A program made the translations under genes and the position numbers. The notes beneath the pieces are model-generated. The model saw nothing but the letters and a program-made list of their open reading frames with translations, made no database searches and was not told the origin of the DNA. Shown here one piece after another: positions 12,716 through 26,779 of a stretch of 64,000 nucleotides of DNA (positions are counted from its first letter, which is position 1; each line of letters starts with the position of its first letter). The DNA comes from Vicugna vicugna (Eukaryota): NCBI GenBank assembly GCA_013265495.1, contig MU058337.1, positions 6,740,716 to 6,804,715 of the forward strand, given 5' to 3'.

Positions 12716-15700
12716 TAGGTCAACTGTATCACTGCCCTTCACATTCAAATATAAAATCATTGATCATGTTGGCTTTACATACCATCTAAGGACAGCTTTC
12801 AAATTCTTTCAAACAGGATACATTAAATCTGTTCCCTGGAAAGATGCTCAGGCTACTGAAACTGTCACTGAAATCCCTGCAGTGTGAAAAACCTGAGACT
12901 TCTTTCACAATTAACCAGCAGTCTCCAAGGGTAAGAAACTGGTTATTCAGGCCACTTTATTTGATTTGGAAGACACTGAGCTTCAAACATTACTAATACC
13001 TTCATCACACTGAGTAGCAATCTTGTTTTCTGATCATTCCTTAGACAACGTCAAATGTACAAGTGAAATAACAGAAGCCGCTTTCTCTCCTATGTATCTT
13101 CTAACATCATCATGAGTTTTTCTTTGACTACTTTACAGAAGCTGCTCAAGGTTTCTGAGCCTGCTTCCTCAAAGGAGATAATAGTTTCCACTGTACAGAG
13201 AATTGAAGTGACACCAGCATGTACGCAGAGTACCTGGTGCGTGTATGGTGTGTGCTCACTGATTCCTGATGGATGACGTCAGACACACAGCATTAGACAC
13301 CCAGATACTAAACTGATGGGAAGTTTGAGAACTTTGGGGTTAAGAAAAGAGACATTCTGAGAATATAAGAATGAATGGATTATATATTTTTCTTTAGGTA
13401 AGATCCTCAAAATGATTTTATGAATCTGTAACATTTCAATCCTTTAAACATATCATTGAACTCAAATTTGAAATTCAGTTTTTACATTTTTATTATGAGT
13501 AACAGATTTGAGGCGACTTACCAAAAAAAAGGAAAGGAAAGAGCATCAGGACATAAGAAAAGTCAAAGTAAACTAGCACAAGGCAGATCAAAATTTCAAT
13601 CACAGCCAGGTCTCTTTGGTATTAAAGAACACTCTTCTCGTTACTTCATGCTGTCTCCCAGATGCTCCATGCTGAGGGAGCTTTAATAAAAGAAAGTAAG
13701 AGTTTGCTTTTAGAAGCACTAAGTTGAAAGAAGGGTCAATTAGGTAAATAATTACAAAACCAAGTAATAAATGTTATATGTAATCTGTAAGCAGAAAGTC
13801 ATCTGTGAGCACAAAGGAAGGAGTGATTATTTCTGGCTGGGGTAGGGTTTTGCAGAGCAGAGGTATCCAAGGTGAGCCTTGAAGGATAAACAGAATTTGT
13901 CAAGCAAAGGGGAGAAAAGATGTTATAATCAAATCATCTGATTTACTAATAAATACATCAGTTAATTAATTCAGAGGTGTGAAATGACATAGGAGTAAGA
14001 GACGCTGGTAATCAATGTAGAACACAAGGGGGTAATGAGAGAAAACAAGGCTGGAAAAGTTGATGGGAACTCAACTCTGAGGTGCCTCACTAACAAGTCA
14101 AACTCTGTAAAATGGCAGGAGGAAGTCACAGGTTTATGAAAGTGTAAAGGAATAAGATAACATCTCCTTTGGAGATAAAATTACAGGGGGTGGGGTGGGA
14201 CAGTACAGATGACAGCTCTGAGATGGTGACAGGAGAACAGATGGGAGGCCACTGCAACAGTCCAAACAAAGGAGATTAAATGGAGTCAAAAGACTCATGA
14301 CTTTTCATTCATTTATCTACTCTATCCACTCATCCAACCATCCATCCCACACAGGTGCCCATTATGTGGGAGCCACTAGGCTAACTGAGGCATGATCAGG
14401 AGGTAAGACTGGCATGGTCTCCTCTTTGCAAAAAATTATATGCTGATGGACATATATTAAACCATTTATTACACAATTACTTAATTTCTATGATGACAAG
14501 CATCATGAGAAATGTTCTAAGGAAGCATATCATAAGAGACTGTGACCTTAATCTGAGGGTCAGAATGGTTAAAGAAAGCTTCTTCAAGAAGTGACCTTAA
14601 AGCTTGTCCTGAAGCCCTGGAGTTGAGATTATTTATTATCTCACACCTCTCATCCCAAGTGAAAATTTTGAGAAACTCTTCTTTCATTAGTCATTGAAAC
14701 TGCGATGCTTTTTGCAATCACATTTAAGTACCTACTTACTAAAAGCTCTGGCAGGTCTCCAGGAGGTACTGTTGGGAGGGGAGGAGGACTGAGGATAAAC
14801 AAAGCAGGGTGGGAAGAAGTTAAAGGATAAGAGAGGTGGAAGGAGGAGAAAGGGAGGCTTGTAGGAAAAGGAATGGGGGCGGGGGGGTGGGTGGAGAACA
14901 GAGCTCACGATCCAAAGGCTGCAGCTATACAACAGCAAAGTTTACAAAGAGTGACTCATTAAGGAAAGAAAGTCTAAACATTTGCTGTGACCAATATTCA
15001 GAAACATAAAACTCTGCAGACTGATAAACACGATGAAACAGCAGCCTGTCTGTCAACCTCCGTTGCTTTATCTTGATCGGGAGGCACTCTGTTTTTAGAG
15101 TGGAATAATCTAGGTCAGAATTCCAATTCTGTCAACGGAGTTTCATGCCCCTGGGCAGGTTTCTTAAGACTCTCTGAGAATCAGTTTTCTTACCAATAAA
15201 ATAGATATAAACACACCAATTTTACAAAGTATTGTATTTGAATAGGAATCAAAGGAGATTAAAATATCTATTAGTTCAACTTATCTAATCTATTAATCTA
15301 AACACATTGATGTGATCACTTCAAATCTGGAGGCCCTGGTGGCTCTATCTTTGAGAAAAATCACTTGACTTTTAAAGTAAAGGCATTAATCATTATTTAA
15401 GCTGTGATGATTATTTATGTGATGAATATTCAGCCCAAGTTTAAACCAGTGGGACAAGAAATTTAGAAAGCTAACTGTCACTTATTGTTAACTTTGCCCA
15501 CAATACCCACTTCCCTTTAACTAGTCCAACGGCTGATACGCAAGATGACCACAGATGATTATAAGTGTGCTGCTGCTTTCCAATTGGCCCTTGGTTCTAG
15601 AAAGCCCAACCCCTCAGCACTTCTGAGACTAAAAGTTAACACTAGCTCTTGGCACCAGCTCTGTCACTACAGTAACACTTGGCAGCCCAAATGAAAGTCT

Positions 15701-17409
15701 CATTTAGAGCTACAAAATTAAGAGAATTGTATTAAATATCTATGGCCAATTTTTTTAAACGGGTCTAAATAACCAAGTTAGTCCAACAATAATTACAGTA
15801 GCATCATAATACTTGTTTCCTAGCCTCCTGAATCTGCTGTGCCCAGTTCTAGAAATGCCGAGAGGCAGAATTAGATATATGTCAAACATACAATCTGAGC
15901 ATCAAGAACAGCAGGAAAGATCCCTTTATGAGACTAGCAGGAAATTTATCCCGCTGGAAATTGGGTATTTGCAGAAATTAGAAGAACATTAAATTCCTGA
16001 AGACAGATCGTGAAATGGAGCATGGCCCTCCTTGCTCCCTTCACCACCACCACTCCTGCAGATTATAATGAACAGTGTGTAGATGCCTGAAACACAATTT
16101 GCAAAGAAAGAGAGAAGAGCCTTGAAGAGATGCTCACAGTTGCTGGGATTGGGTGAGAATTGGGATGAGACAAAATTGAAATACTAAGAGACCTAGGAAA
16201 TAGACTCAAAGAAGTAGGATAATATAGTGCATGATTACAAAGTCTATTTTATTTTGAGTAAAGGATACTATTGGAGGATATTATAATGTACAACGACCTT
16301 AATGAAATTTTTGAATGCTTGTAGAGGTAACTGGATACAATCAATGGAGAGAAAATGATTTGCTTTCACATTTTGAGCATTCTTAAAACACATACACTTT
16401 TCAAAAACAATACTGCCAGTTAAAGATGGTGGATTTAGCACATGTACTTACCTCCTTGTTCTCTCCTCAAATCTCATAAGAATGGCATTATAAGATTTTT
16501 TAAAAGCATAAACTCACAGAGATAAAGAAGAGTTGACGATCCTAAAATTTTTTCTAAGTTGGAAAAGAGTAGAGTGCTAACTAACTTGGCAAACCTGAGA
16601 AAACTAAATACTAAGCCAGCAATGGTGACATCTGAGATGCAAACCGATGAACACTCAAGTTTCCCAAAGGATCAGCAGACGTTTTTCCAGAACTGCTGAA
16701 AGGCAGTCAGAGCACTGCTCCCCTCCCAGCACTCTGCCACCTGCTGACTGTCCCTTCCCATCCCAGCAGACGGCTGGGGGGTTATTATCTAGAAATTGCA
16801 CCAAGGAGGGTCTTGGGACTGGGGGACCCCATGCATGTTTGAGAGTGCAAATACAATACTATAAATCAAACTTCAGATACTAAATCAAAGTTTTGATACT
16901 AAATATTAAGACTCCCAGACTGATACCCTACAGGTAGCAGACTGGAGAGTAGGCCCTGGGGAATCTGACAGTTCACAACGGGGACAAGGCACATATTTAT
17001 TGATCCTGATACTTCGAGTTCACAGCAGAACGTGTCAACGAGGGGCCCCAGCATGAAGTTCGTGAGGGTCACTCAGTCCTTTGCACACAATTCATTTCTT
17101 CAATCAGCTTTTTTAGAAGCTGGCTTTAAAATATAAACAGATAGGCAAAGGCTCAGAGATATTTAAGGAAAGCCCCTAACATCAGAAGCAGAAAACAAGG
17201 AGGGAAAAAGGAACTCAGAAGAAAGAGAAACCGTGTAGGCGTGAAAACCTTTAGATGGGGGAAGGATTATCTTTAATATCATGAAAGACATAAGAAAAGA
17301 GACTGCATCCATGAAACAAAAACAGGATGCCAGCAAAAATTAATATTCAGAAAATAAAAAAGAACAACTGGATATTAAAACTAGATAGCAAAAATATTTC
17401 AAAGGTACT

Positions 17410-18320
17410 CAATAGATGAAAAGGTACTTAATGCCATTAGTCATCAGGAAATACACACTAAAACCACAATGATATATCACTACACAACCACCAGAGTGAC
17501 TAAAATTAAAGGACTGCTCACTCTCTGGGATCACCTGTTCTGGGGGAAGTGAGCTCTCAGGTCACACAGACACTCAAGTGGCTTCATGGTGAGGAACTGA
17601 GGCTTCCTGCCAATGTCATGCGAGTGAGCCATTTTGGAAGAGGGTCTTCCAGTTGAGTCAGGCTTTCAGATGACTGTGGTCCTTGCCGGCATTCTGACTC
17701 CAACCACATGAGAGACTTAGAGCCAGGAGCACCTGGCTAAGCCTCCCAAATCCCCGACCCACAGGAAAACCGGTGATAACTCCTAAAGCCACACGCATTT
17801 ACACCTTACGATGCAGCTTTCAACTCCTAGGTATACACTCAACAGAATTGTATACGTAACAACATACGTGTTCCAGGATGTTCACAGGGACAGTGTTTAT
17901 AATCATCCCAAACCAGAAACAATCCCAATGTCCATCAGCAGCAGAATGAGTAAGTGGCAGTAACTCATACAACAAAGCACTACACAATGATAAATAAGGC
18001 ATGAACTACTGCGACGTGCAGCAACATACACATGACATTGTGAGAAAGACACTCCATACTGAAGTCTGCACTTCCATCTATATGGAGTTCAAAACCAAAC
18101 AAAATTAAGCCAGGGCTAAAAGTTAGGATGGACTTTGGGGAGGAAGTAGTGACTGGGAGGCAGCAAAACTGGGTCTCTTAGGGTGCAGGTGGGGTTCTAT
18201 TTCTTCATCTGGATAGTGTTTGAAAGGCTGTCACTTTGTAAAACTTCAATGAAATCCAAACTTAGGATATGTACACTTTTCCATGTACATGTCATACTTC
18301 AATAGAAATTTATTTTAAAA
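17410..18320 (+). mobile_element. Old L1M 3' fragment interrupted by an MLT1 LTR (about 17515-17790)
   Basis: L1 ORF2-end motifs (ttagtcatcaggaaatacacactaaaaccacaatg; caactcctaggtatacactcaacagaa) lie on both sides of an MLT1-like segment (gaggaactgaggcttcctgccaa...tcagatgactgtggtcc). Confidence 0.7.
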
Positions 18321-19689
18321 TAATTAGAGTTGGAAGACAGAGCTCAAAACATTTCCGAGCAAGGAGAACAAAAATACAAAAAGGAAGAAAAGAGAAAAAA
18401 AATTAAAACTAGACCTGTCCAAGAGACTGAACACCCAGATAATAGGAGTTTTCAGAAAAAGAAAACCAAGAAAATGAAAGGGAGGTAGTCAAAATCATTC
18501 AGGAACAATTTGGGAAGAGGAATGTGTGAGCTCCCTGACTGACACAGCCCACCGACGCACAACCAGAGGAGGTCAAAGCAGCATCGCTCCAAGGCACCTC
18601 ATCACAGGCTGTCACCAAGTACTGAAAGCAGACGTGTCCACTCCCTTTGTCAGCAGCATGACTGCAAGGTTGGTCCTGGTGACAACAGACAGCACCCCTC
18701 ACCTACTTCTTCCTCTACGTCCTCCCTCCCTCACCCCAGACAAGTTGCTTCTTCTCAATATTGTTTATTCCTCAGAGTTTGAAGGTGAATCCCCAGCCAG
18801 CCTGCACGCCTGGTGGAACTTCAGCAAACAGGGGTGGGTAACAAATGGGTTCTGTGGTGACTGCGGACTCTCTATCCTGGGGCACTCGTCCCCCCACCTG
18901 TCTGCTCTGACAGTGTCAAAGTAGCTGAACATGCCTCAGGGGAACATGAGTTCAGAGGCCAAAATAACTACACATCCTGAGAACACAATCACAATGAAAG
19001 AGAAAGAACACACTGAACAATATTACTAACAATAGCAGAATTTTTAGAACAGGTGAACCTCAAGTTATAATATGTATTAATATCTATACGGATATAAGAG
19101 GCAAGAGAAAATATTAAAAATATGAAATCAGACTATGTGGAAATATTAAGTATGAAAAACGTAAGAGACAGGATAAATACAGCTGAAGAACAAATTACCA
19201 AGCTAGAAAAATAAACCAAGGCATTTTCCTAGAAGTCAGCACAAGAGGCTGAATGGACAGAAGAGATGGAAAGAACATGTTTAAAGAGATAATAAGTCAC
19301 TTAAAGAATGCACAGATATTTCAAGTAAAGGTCTCTCAGCCATACAGGGTAGATAAAGATACCCTATACGTAGACACATTATGGTGATACTTAAGAAAGA
19401 CAAGGGAAAATTCTAAAAACTTCCAAAGACAAAGAATAAACAAATGACAAAGGAACAAGATCAATCTCAGATATCTCAAAAAACACAGGGAATTCAATAA
19501 GACAGTACAGTAATACCATTCAAATATTGATGAAAAAGAACTTCAACCTAGAATTTTTATCCATCCAGATTATTTTAAAGTGATAGCAAATGAAAAAATA
19601 TCTTCATGTATACAAGGACTTAAAGCTTTGCCATACATAGACTCACTATGAAAAAATACTTGTGGAGAAAGTACTCCATTCAGATTTGG

Positions 19690-20965
19690 GAAATTCTGGA
19701 AATTGAAAACACTACTGAATAATCCATGAATCAAAAGGGAAGTCACAGAAGACGTTAGAAAATATTCTTAATGAATAAAAGTGAACTATAACATGAAACT
19801 TATGAGATGCAGCTAAAGCAGTGCTTAAAGAGAAATGCACAGCACTGAACACTTACATTAGAAAAGCTAGGTCTCAAGTCAGTGGTCTGGGCATCCACTC
19901 TAAGAAAGTAGATAGAGGATCAAATTAATTTCAAAGCAGAAGGGAGGAAATAATGATAGGAGCAAAAATCTATGACACTGAAAAGAGAGTAGAGAAAAAT
20001 CACAGAAACTTTCTTTGTCTTGTAAAGACTATTCTTTCTAGAGCAGTTTTAGGTTCACAGCAAAACTGAATGGAAAGCACAGAGATCCCCCGTATATGCA
20101 TAGCTTCCCCATCATCATTTGTCACAACTGATGACCTACACTGACACATAATTATCATTTCGGTCCATAATTTACATTACGGGTCACTCCTATATCTATT
20201 CTATGGGCTTGGACAAATGTATAACATGTATCCACCACTATGGTCTCATACAGAGTATTTTCACTGACTTAAAAATCCTCTGTGCTCTGCCTATTCATTC
20301 CTCCCTCCCCCTTCACCCCTGACAACCACTCATCTTTTTACTATTTCCATAGCTTTGTCTTTTCCAAAATGCTATATACTTGGAATAATACAGTATGTAG
20401 CCTTTTCAGATTGCTTTTTTCACTTAGTGATATGCATTAAGGTTCCTCCACATCTTCTTGTGACTTGATAGTTAATTTCTTGTTAGTCTGACTAATATTC
20501 CATTGTCTGGATGTACCACAATTTGTCCATTAACCTACTCAAGGACATCTTGGTTGCTTCCAAATTTTTGTAATTATAAGTAAAGCTGCCATAAACGTCC
20601 ATGTGTGTATAACATCTTTGTGTATATAAATATTTGCATAGTTCTTTATAGTTGTTAATATAAAAGAAACTAAATTCATAGAGAAATAGGAAAAAAAACT
20701 ACCAAAAAAGAAAACTCCAGGCCAGATGACTTCACTGGCAAAATTTACCAAGTATTCAGGGGAAAAAATGATACTAATTCTACACAAACACTTCAAGAAA
20801 ATGGATAGAAGGCAACATGTCCCGACTAATTTTATCAGACCAGCATTACCTTCACACCAAAACCAGACAAAGATATTACAAGAAAAAAAAAATTACAGAC
20901 CAACATCACACACGAATATAGACACAAAAATTCTCAACAAAATATCAGCAAATCAAATCTAGAAA
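19690..20965 (+). mobile_element. Decayed L1 ORF2 fragment with a nested reverse-oriented L1 3' end (about 20035-20640)
   Basis: ORF2-like remnants gatgcagctaaagcagtgcttaaagagaaat and ccaggccagatgacttcactggcaaattt. The insert carries ttttaggttcacagcaaaactga and ccattgtctggatgtaccaca. Confidence 0.75.
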
Positions 20966-21469
20966 TTACAGAGAAAAACGAAAAATATTCCACTCAGTCT
21001 GCTGAAGCAGTGAAGACATTCAGCTTACATCAAGGGCCTTGGGAAAGAAAACAATAAACAATCCTGACAAATAATCAAAATCCAAGGCCAATATCATAGC
21101 TAAATTTGTGGTCTAGATTTACCCCACCTGACTGGCATGGAAACTCTAAAAGAAGAAAACAACATAAAAGCTAGTCCAGGGCAACAAAAACCTCGGGGGA
21201 CCCAGCGGGGGTAAACACCAAGTCCCCCTGCAGAAACGCTTCCATGAGCTAGGGCACATGGCGGCTCCAACGGCAAACAAAACCCACGGAAAATGAGTTC
21301 ACAACAAAAAACGTCACAAACCACAAGAGGCAAGAGGCTGCCGTAAGGGAGAATTTGATAGTATGAGAACTAGAAATAATAGAACAATGTGTAAATGTGC
21401 AAAATGATTACACATTTTTTAAAAGGAATAATAATAATGATAAAAGGCACAGATCAACGTGCCTTCATC

Positions 21470-22022
21470 AGCAATGGCTCCCCACTGCCCTCGGAGTAAA
21501 AGCTCAAGTTGGCACAAAGGCTGGCAGGCCTGCTGACCTCTCTTACCCCCTGGCTTCGTGTGCTGCTACTCCCCGCCCGGCTCACTCTGCTCCAGCTGCA
21601 CAGCTGCCTGAGTCCGGCCTCCACCTGAAGGCCTTGGCACCCGCACCTCCTAACGCCGGGAATACGCTCCCCCAAGATCGCCACAGCGCTCACTCCTGGA
21701 CTTGTCCAGGTCTCCTTCAAATGTCACCTGCTTACTGAGGCCTTTCCTGACCATGCTGACCACTCTGTTTGAAACTGCAGTCCTACCTGCACCCTGGTAT
21801 TCCCGTCCCCGCTGGCTGGTTGGCTGACTTATTTTTACACAGAGTGTATCATCATCTGACACATTACACATTCTACTACCTTGTTTGTTGACTGCCTTCC
21901 ATCCCTAATTATAATCTAAAGCCAATGAGAAAGACTGCGTCTGTTTTGACGAGTGCAGAATCCTCAGAGCCCAGGACAGTGTCCACCACAAATCAGGTTC
22001 CCAATATATTTGTTAAATGAAG
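21470..22022 (+). mobile_element. L2 LINE 3' fragment
   Basis: caatggctccccactgccctcggagtaaaagc, ttcaaatgtcacctgcttactgaggcctttcctgacc and terminal atatatttgttaaatga. Confidence 0.75.
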
Positions 22023-22382
22023 GGATGAGGAAATCAGAGGAAGTTAATTTCTCTTGTAAAACATGAAGTAGAAGTTCCTCCTTCATTCACTCATGTTTAC
22101 ATGCACACCCAAACATTTACTAAGTCGTTACCTGATGTAAGGGAATGTCAATATATTCTTTTGTTTACTGTGGAAATTCTTCCTTCTTTTCCTAAAAAAC
22201 AACTAAAACTGACTTTTCAAAAAATACTTTACATAAAACATTAGTATATTTTCTAAGTTACTAAAAGTAACAGACAGTATAGTAAAAATCACAGCTCAGC
22301 TCAGCTTCCTGTTCCTTATTTTTATCCTTCCTTAGAATTCACATGTGTGCCCACACTATCAACATTCAATTTCTATATTACT

Positions 22383-22434
22383 GTGTGTCTTCAGTACTAG
22401 AGTGTGTCTTGAGTACAAGAGTGTGTCTTGAGTA
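22383..22434. repeat. 19-bp tandem repeat, about 2.7 copies
   Basis: gtgtgtcttcagtactaga / gtgtgtcttgagtacaaga / gtgtgtcttgagta. Confidence 0.85.
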
Positions 22435-22667
22435 TTTATCTCCTACTTCCTCAGTTTATGGGTTTTGAGACTTCTACCTGCTGTTGATAACTATAACACC
22501 TACAACCTTGGATATTCATAAAGAAATGCTAGAAGTAGGTATTTCTAAAATCTACCACCCCATCTGTGCCCAAGAATCAGCTAAGGTACATTATTTGGGA
22601 GGACAAAAACAGATGACTATAACATGGTATTATATTATCATCTCTGCTAAATTCCAATTGTTTTCTT

Positions 22668-22806
22668 TTTTTTAATTTTTTTCCTTGAAGAGGAGGTAAT
22701 TAGGTTTATTTATTTATTTTTTTAATGGGGGGTACCAGGGATTGAACCCAGAACCTTGTACAGTGCATGCTAAGCACATACTCTACCACTGAGCTATACC
22801 CTCCCC
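22668..22806 (-). mobile_element. tRNA-Ala-derived SINE (Vic-1-like) with 16-bp TSD
   Basis: Reverse complement of the 7303 element type. Flanked by ttccaattgttttctt (22652-22667) and ttccaactattttctt (22807-22822). Repeated at 25001-25139. Confidence 0.88.
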
Positions 22807-22938
22807 TTCCAACTATTTTCTTAATAACGTTTATATACATGTGCATTTTAGTGAAAATACAACTTGAGCCTCATATAAGACTTCAGAAACACAAAATATA
22901 AAACAATTTACTATATTCCTTTGACAAAAATCTCTGCT

Positions 22939-23566
22939 GATCACTGTGGAAAACAGTATGGAGGTTTTTCAAAAAATTAAAAATAGAACCACCATAATTT
23001 CACTCTGGGTATATATCCGAAAGAAATAAAAACACTAATTCAAAAAGATACATGCATCCCAGTGTTCATAGCAGTGTTATTTACAATTGCCAAGATGTGG
23101 AAGCAGCTTAAGTGTCCATCAACAGATGAATGGATAAAGAAGATATGGTATATGTATACAATGGAATACTATTCAGCCATAAAAATATGAAATTTTGCCA
23201 TTTTCAGCAACATGGATGGACTTGGAGGGCATTATGTTAAGTGAAATAAGTCAAACAGAGAAAGATAAATATTGAATGATATCATTTATATGTGGAATCT
23301 AAAAAATACAAGAAACTCAAACACCAATCACCTCAAAAAAAACCAACAAGAAACTCATGAACAAAACAAAAAAGAAGCAGACTCACAGATACAGAGAAGT
23401 GGTTACCAGTGGGGAGATGTAGGGGGTAGGGGCAATATAGCGTAATGAGAAAAAAGGGTTATTATGGGATTATATGAAATCATGTGTGTGAAACTTTTGA
23501 AAATTGCAAAGCGCTGCAGAATTTAAAGAATCTTTCAGTCAATAAACAAATTTTTTTAGTTAAAAA
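22939..23566 (+). mobile_element. 5'-truncated L1 with 13-bp TSD
   Basis: ORF2 end and 3' UTR motifs (gcaacatggatggacttggagggcattatg), aataaa and an A tail. TSD aaaaatctctgct at 22926-22938 and 23567-23579. Repeated at 25272-25899. Confidence 0.88.
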
Positions 23567-23752
23567 AAAAATCTCTGCTTATAATTGTCTTTGGTTAGCC
23601 CAGAGAATGGTATTTTTTTTTTTTTTACTTAAGGTTACTATTAGGGCCAAGCAGGGTGTTGCCTCACCTTGCATAGTTATTTTAGAATTGTGCTGTACTG
23701 AGCCCACTCATAATCAGAACCTAACCTTATTCTTATGTTTTTAATCATAGAA

Positions 23753-24581
23753 NNNNNNNNNNNNNNNNNNNNNNNNNNNNNNNNNNNNNNNNNNNNNNNN
23801 NNNNNNNNNNNNNNNNNNNNNNNNNNNNNNNNNNNNNNNNNNNNNNNNNNNNNNNNNNNNNNNNNNNNNNNNNNNNNNNNNNNNNNNNNNNNNNNNNNNN
23901 NNNNNNNNNNNNNNNNNNNNNNNNNNNNNNNNNNNNNNNNNNNNNNNNNNNNNNNNNNNNNNNNNNNNNNNNNNNNNNNNNNNNNNNNNNNNNNNNNNNN
24001 NNNNNNNNNNNNNNNNNNNNNNNNNNNNNNNNNNNNNNNNNNNNNNNNNNNNNNNNNNNNNNNNNNNNNNNNNNNNNNNNNNNNNNNNNNNNNNNNNNNN
24101 NNNNNNNNNNNNNNNNNNNNNNNNNNNNNNNNNNNNNNNNNNNNNNNNNNNNNNNNNNNNNNNNNNNNNNNNNNNNNNNNNNNNNNNNNNNNNNNNNNNN
24201 NNNNNNNNNNNNNNNNNNNNNNNNNNNNNNNNNNNNNNNNNNNNNNNNNNNNNNNNNNNNNNNNNNNNNNNNNNNNNNNNNNNNNNNNNNNNNNNNNNNN
24301 NNNNNNNNNNNNNNNNNNNNNNNNNNNNNNNNNNNNNNNNNNNNNNNNNNNNNNNNNNNNNNNNNNNNNNNNNNNNNNNNNNNNNNNNNNNNNNNNNNNN
24401 NNNNNNNNNNNNNNNNNNNNNNNNNNNNNNNNNNNNNNNNNNNNNNNNNNNNNNNNNNNNNNNNNNNNNNNNNNNNNNNNNNNNNNNNNNNNNNNNNNNN
24501 NNNNNNNNNNNNNNNNNNNNNNNNNNNNNNNNNNNNNNNNNNNNNNNNNNNNNNNNNNNNNNNNNNNNNNNNNNNNNNNNN
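23753..24581. other. Assembly gap, 829 N
   Basis: Run of N characters. Confidence 1.
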
Positions 24582-26085
24582 NTTTCTAAGTTACTAAAAG
24601 TAACAGACAGTATAGTAAAAATCACAGCTCAGCTCAGCTTCCTGTTCCTTATTTTTATCCTTCCTTAGAATTCACATGTGTGCCCACACTATCAACATTC
24701 AATTTCTATATTACTGTGTGTCTTCAGTACTAGAGTGTGTCTTGAGTACAAGAGTGTGTCTCGAGTATTTATCTCCTACTTCCTCAGTTTATGGGTTTTG
24801 AGACTTCTACCTGCTGTTGATAACTATAACACCTACAACCTTGGATATTCATAAAGAAATGCTAGAAGTAGGTATTTCTAAAATCTACCACCCCATCTGT
24901 GCCCAAGAATCAGCTAAGGTACATTATTTGGGAGGACAAAAACAGATGACTATAACATGGTATTATATTATCATCTCTGCTAAATTCCAATTGTTTTCTT
25001 TTTTTTAATTTTTTTCCTTGAAGAGGAGGTAATTAGGTTTATTTATTTATTTTTTTAATGGGGGGTACCAGGGATTGAACCCAGAACCTTGTACAGTGCA
25101 TGCTAAGCACATACTCTACCACTGAGCTATACCCTCCCCTTCCAACTATTTTCTTAATAACGTTTATATACATGTGCATTTTAGTGAAAATACAACTTGA
25201 GCCTCATATAAGACTTCAGAAACACAAAATATAAAACAATTTACTATATTCCTTTGACAAAAATCTCTGCTGATCACTGTGGAAAACAGTATGGAGGTTT
25301 TTCAAAAAATTAAAAATAGAACCACCATAATTTCACTCTGGGTATATATCCGAAAGAAATAAAAACACTAATTCAAAAAGATACATGCATCCCAGTGTTC
25401 ATAGCAGTGTTATTTACAATTGCCAAGATGTGGAAGCAGCTTAAGTGTCCATCAACAGATGAATGGATAAAGAAGATATGGTATATGTATACAATGGAAT
25501 ACTATTCAGCCATAAAAATATGAAATTTTGCCATTTTCAGCAACATGGATGGACTTGGAGGGCATTATGTTAAGTGAAATAAGTCAAACAGAGAAAGATA
25601 AATATTGAATGATATCATTTATATGTGGAATCTAAAAAATACAAGAAACTCAAACACCAATCACCTCAAAAAAAACCAACAAGAAACTCATGAACAAAAC
25701 AAAAAAGAAGCAGACTCACAGATACAGAGAAGTGGTTACCAGTGGGGAGATGTAGGGGGTAGGGGCAATATAGCGTAATGAGAAAAAAGGGTTATTATGG
25801 GATTATATGAAATCATGTGTGTGAAACTTTTGAAAATTGCAAAGCGCTGCAGAATTTAAAGAATCTTTCAGTCAATAAACAAATTTTTTTAGTTAAAAAA
25901 AAAATCTCTGCTTATAATTGTCTTTGGTTAGCCCAGAGAATGGTATTTTTTTTTTTTTTACTTAAGGTTACTATTAGGGCCAAGCAGGGTGTTGCCTCAC
26001 CTTGCATAGTTATTTTAGAATTGTGCTGTACTGAGCCCACTCATAATCAGAACCTAACCTTATTCTTATGTTTTTAATCATAGAA
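24582..26085 (+). repeat. Near-identical copy of 22249-23752 (offset 2333)
   Basis: Identical ORF translations at 22484/24817 and 23484/25817. I found one difference, T22429 versus C24762. Confidence 0.95.
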
Positions 26086-26336
26086 TTTTCACAATTGTTA
26101 TATTAATGGTGTTTGAAATAATTTGCAATGCCATTTAGGAAAAAAATAAACATACACAATATCAGTTTTAAATTCTAACTATAGTATATATGCTGTAAAA
26201 ACAGTCACAGGGTATCCAAATTGCTCAAGATGTCTGCAAACTATAACACCTTTATTTATTTGATTACAAAACTATTTCACCATTTGAGCTCCACTGTAAC
26301 GTTCAGAAGTTACAGCTTTTATAAAGCGCTGCCTTA

Positions 26337-26370
26337 TGCTGCCATCTAGTGGTTCACTGTGTGACTGCAG
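26337..26370 (-). promoter_or_regulatory. CTCF binding motif (core plus upstream module)
   Basis: Minus strand reads ctgcagtcacacagtgaaCCACTAGATGGCAgca. The core fits CCASYAGRKGGCR and a TGCAG module ends 12 nt before the CCA. Confidence 0.75.
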
Positions 26371-26779
26371 GCAAAGCCAATTGAACTGCTGATGGCTCCT
26401 TCAGAAACGAACATCCTTAAAGTGGAAGCTTAAACAGTTCATATTAAAGTTCTGTACGAATTACTAGTAATATGTGAAAAATGTAAGTTATTTTGGATAT
26501 TTTAATTTACAAATGTTTCAAAGATGTCACCCTACCAGCTCATTACTTAGGTCTTGTCATTTTGCCCTTAATTTGAAGATTATTTACAAAGTATTTTCTG
26601 GAAGTATATACTTGAAAAATTTAAAAATACTCTTCACTCATAAGAAGGCAAAATCAATCATTTAGATCATATATTTTAAAAATTTCTTCATTTTACAAAT
26701 AATTTCACCAGTTTAATAACTCGACATATAACTTCACCACTTTAATAACTATATTGCAGTTAATTATGTCCTCCTTATT

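Noticed and set aside
14875..14894. G-rich tract able to form a G-quadruplex
   Set aside because: It lies in low-complexity purine-rich intronic sequence with no supporting context.
23735..24625. Two long ORFs of 284 and 294 aa
   Set aside because: They consist of X residues from the N gap.
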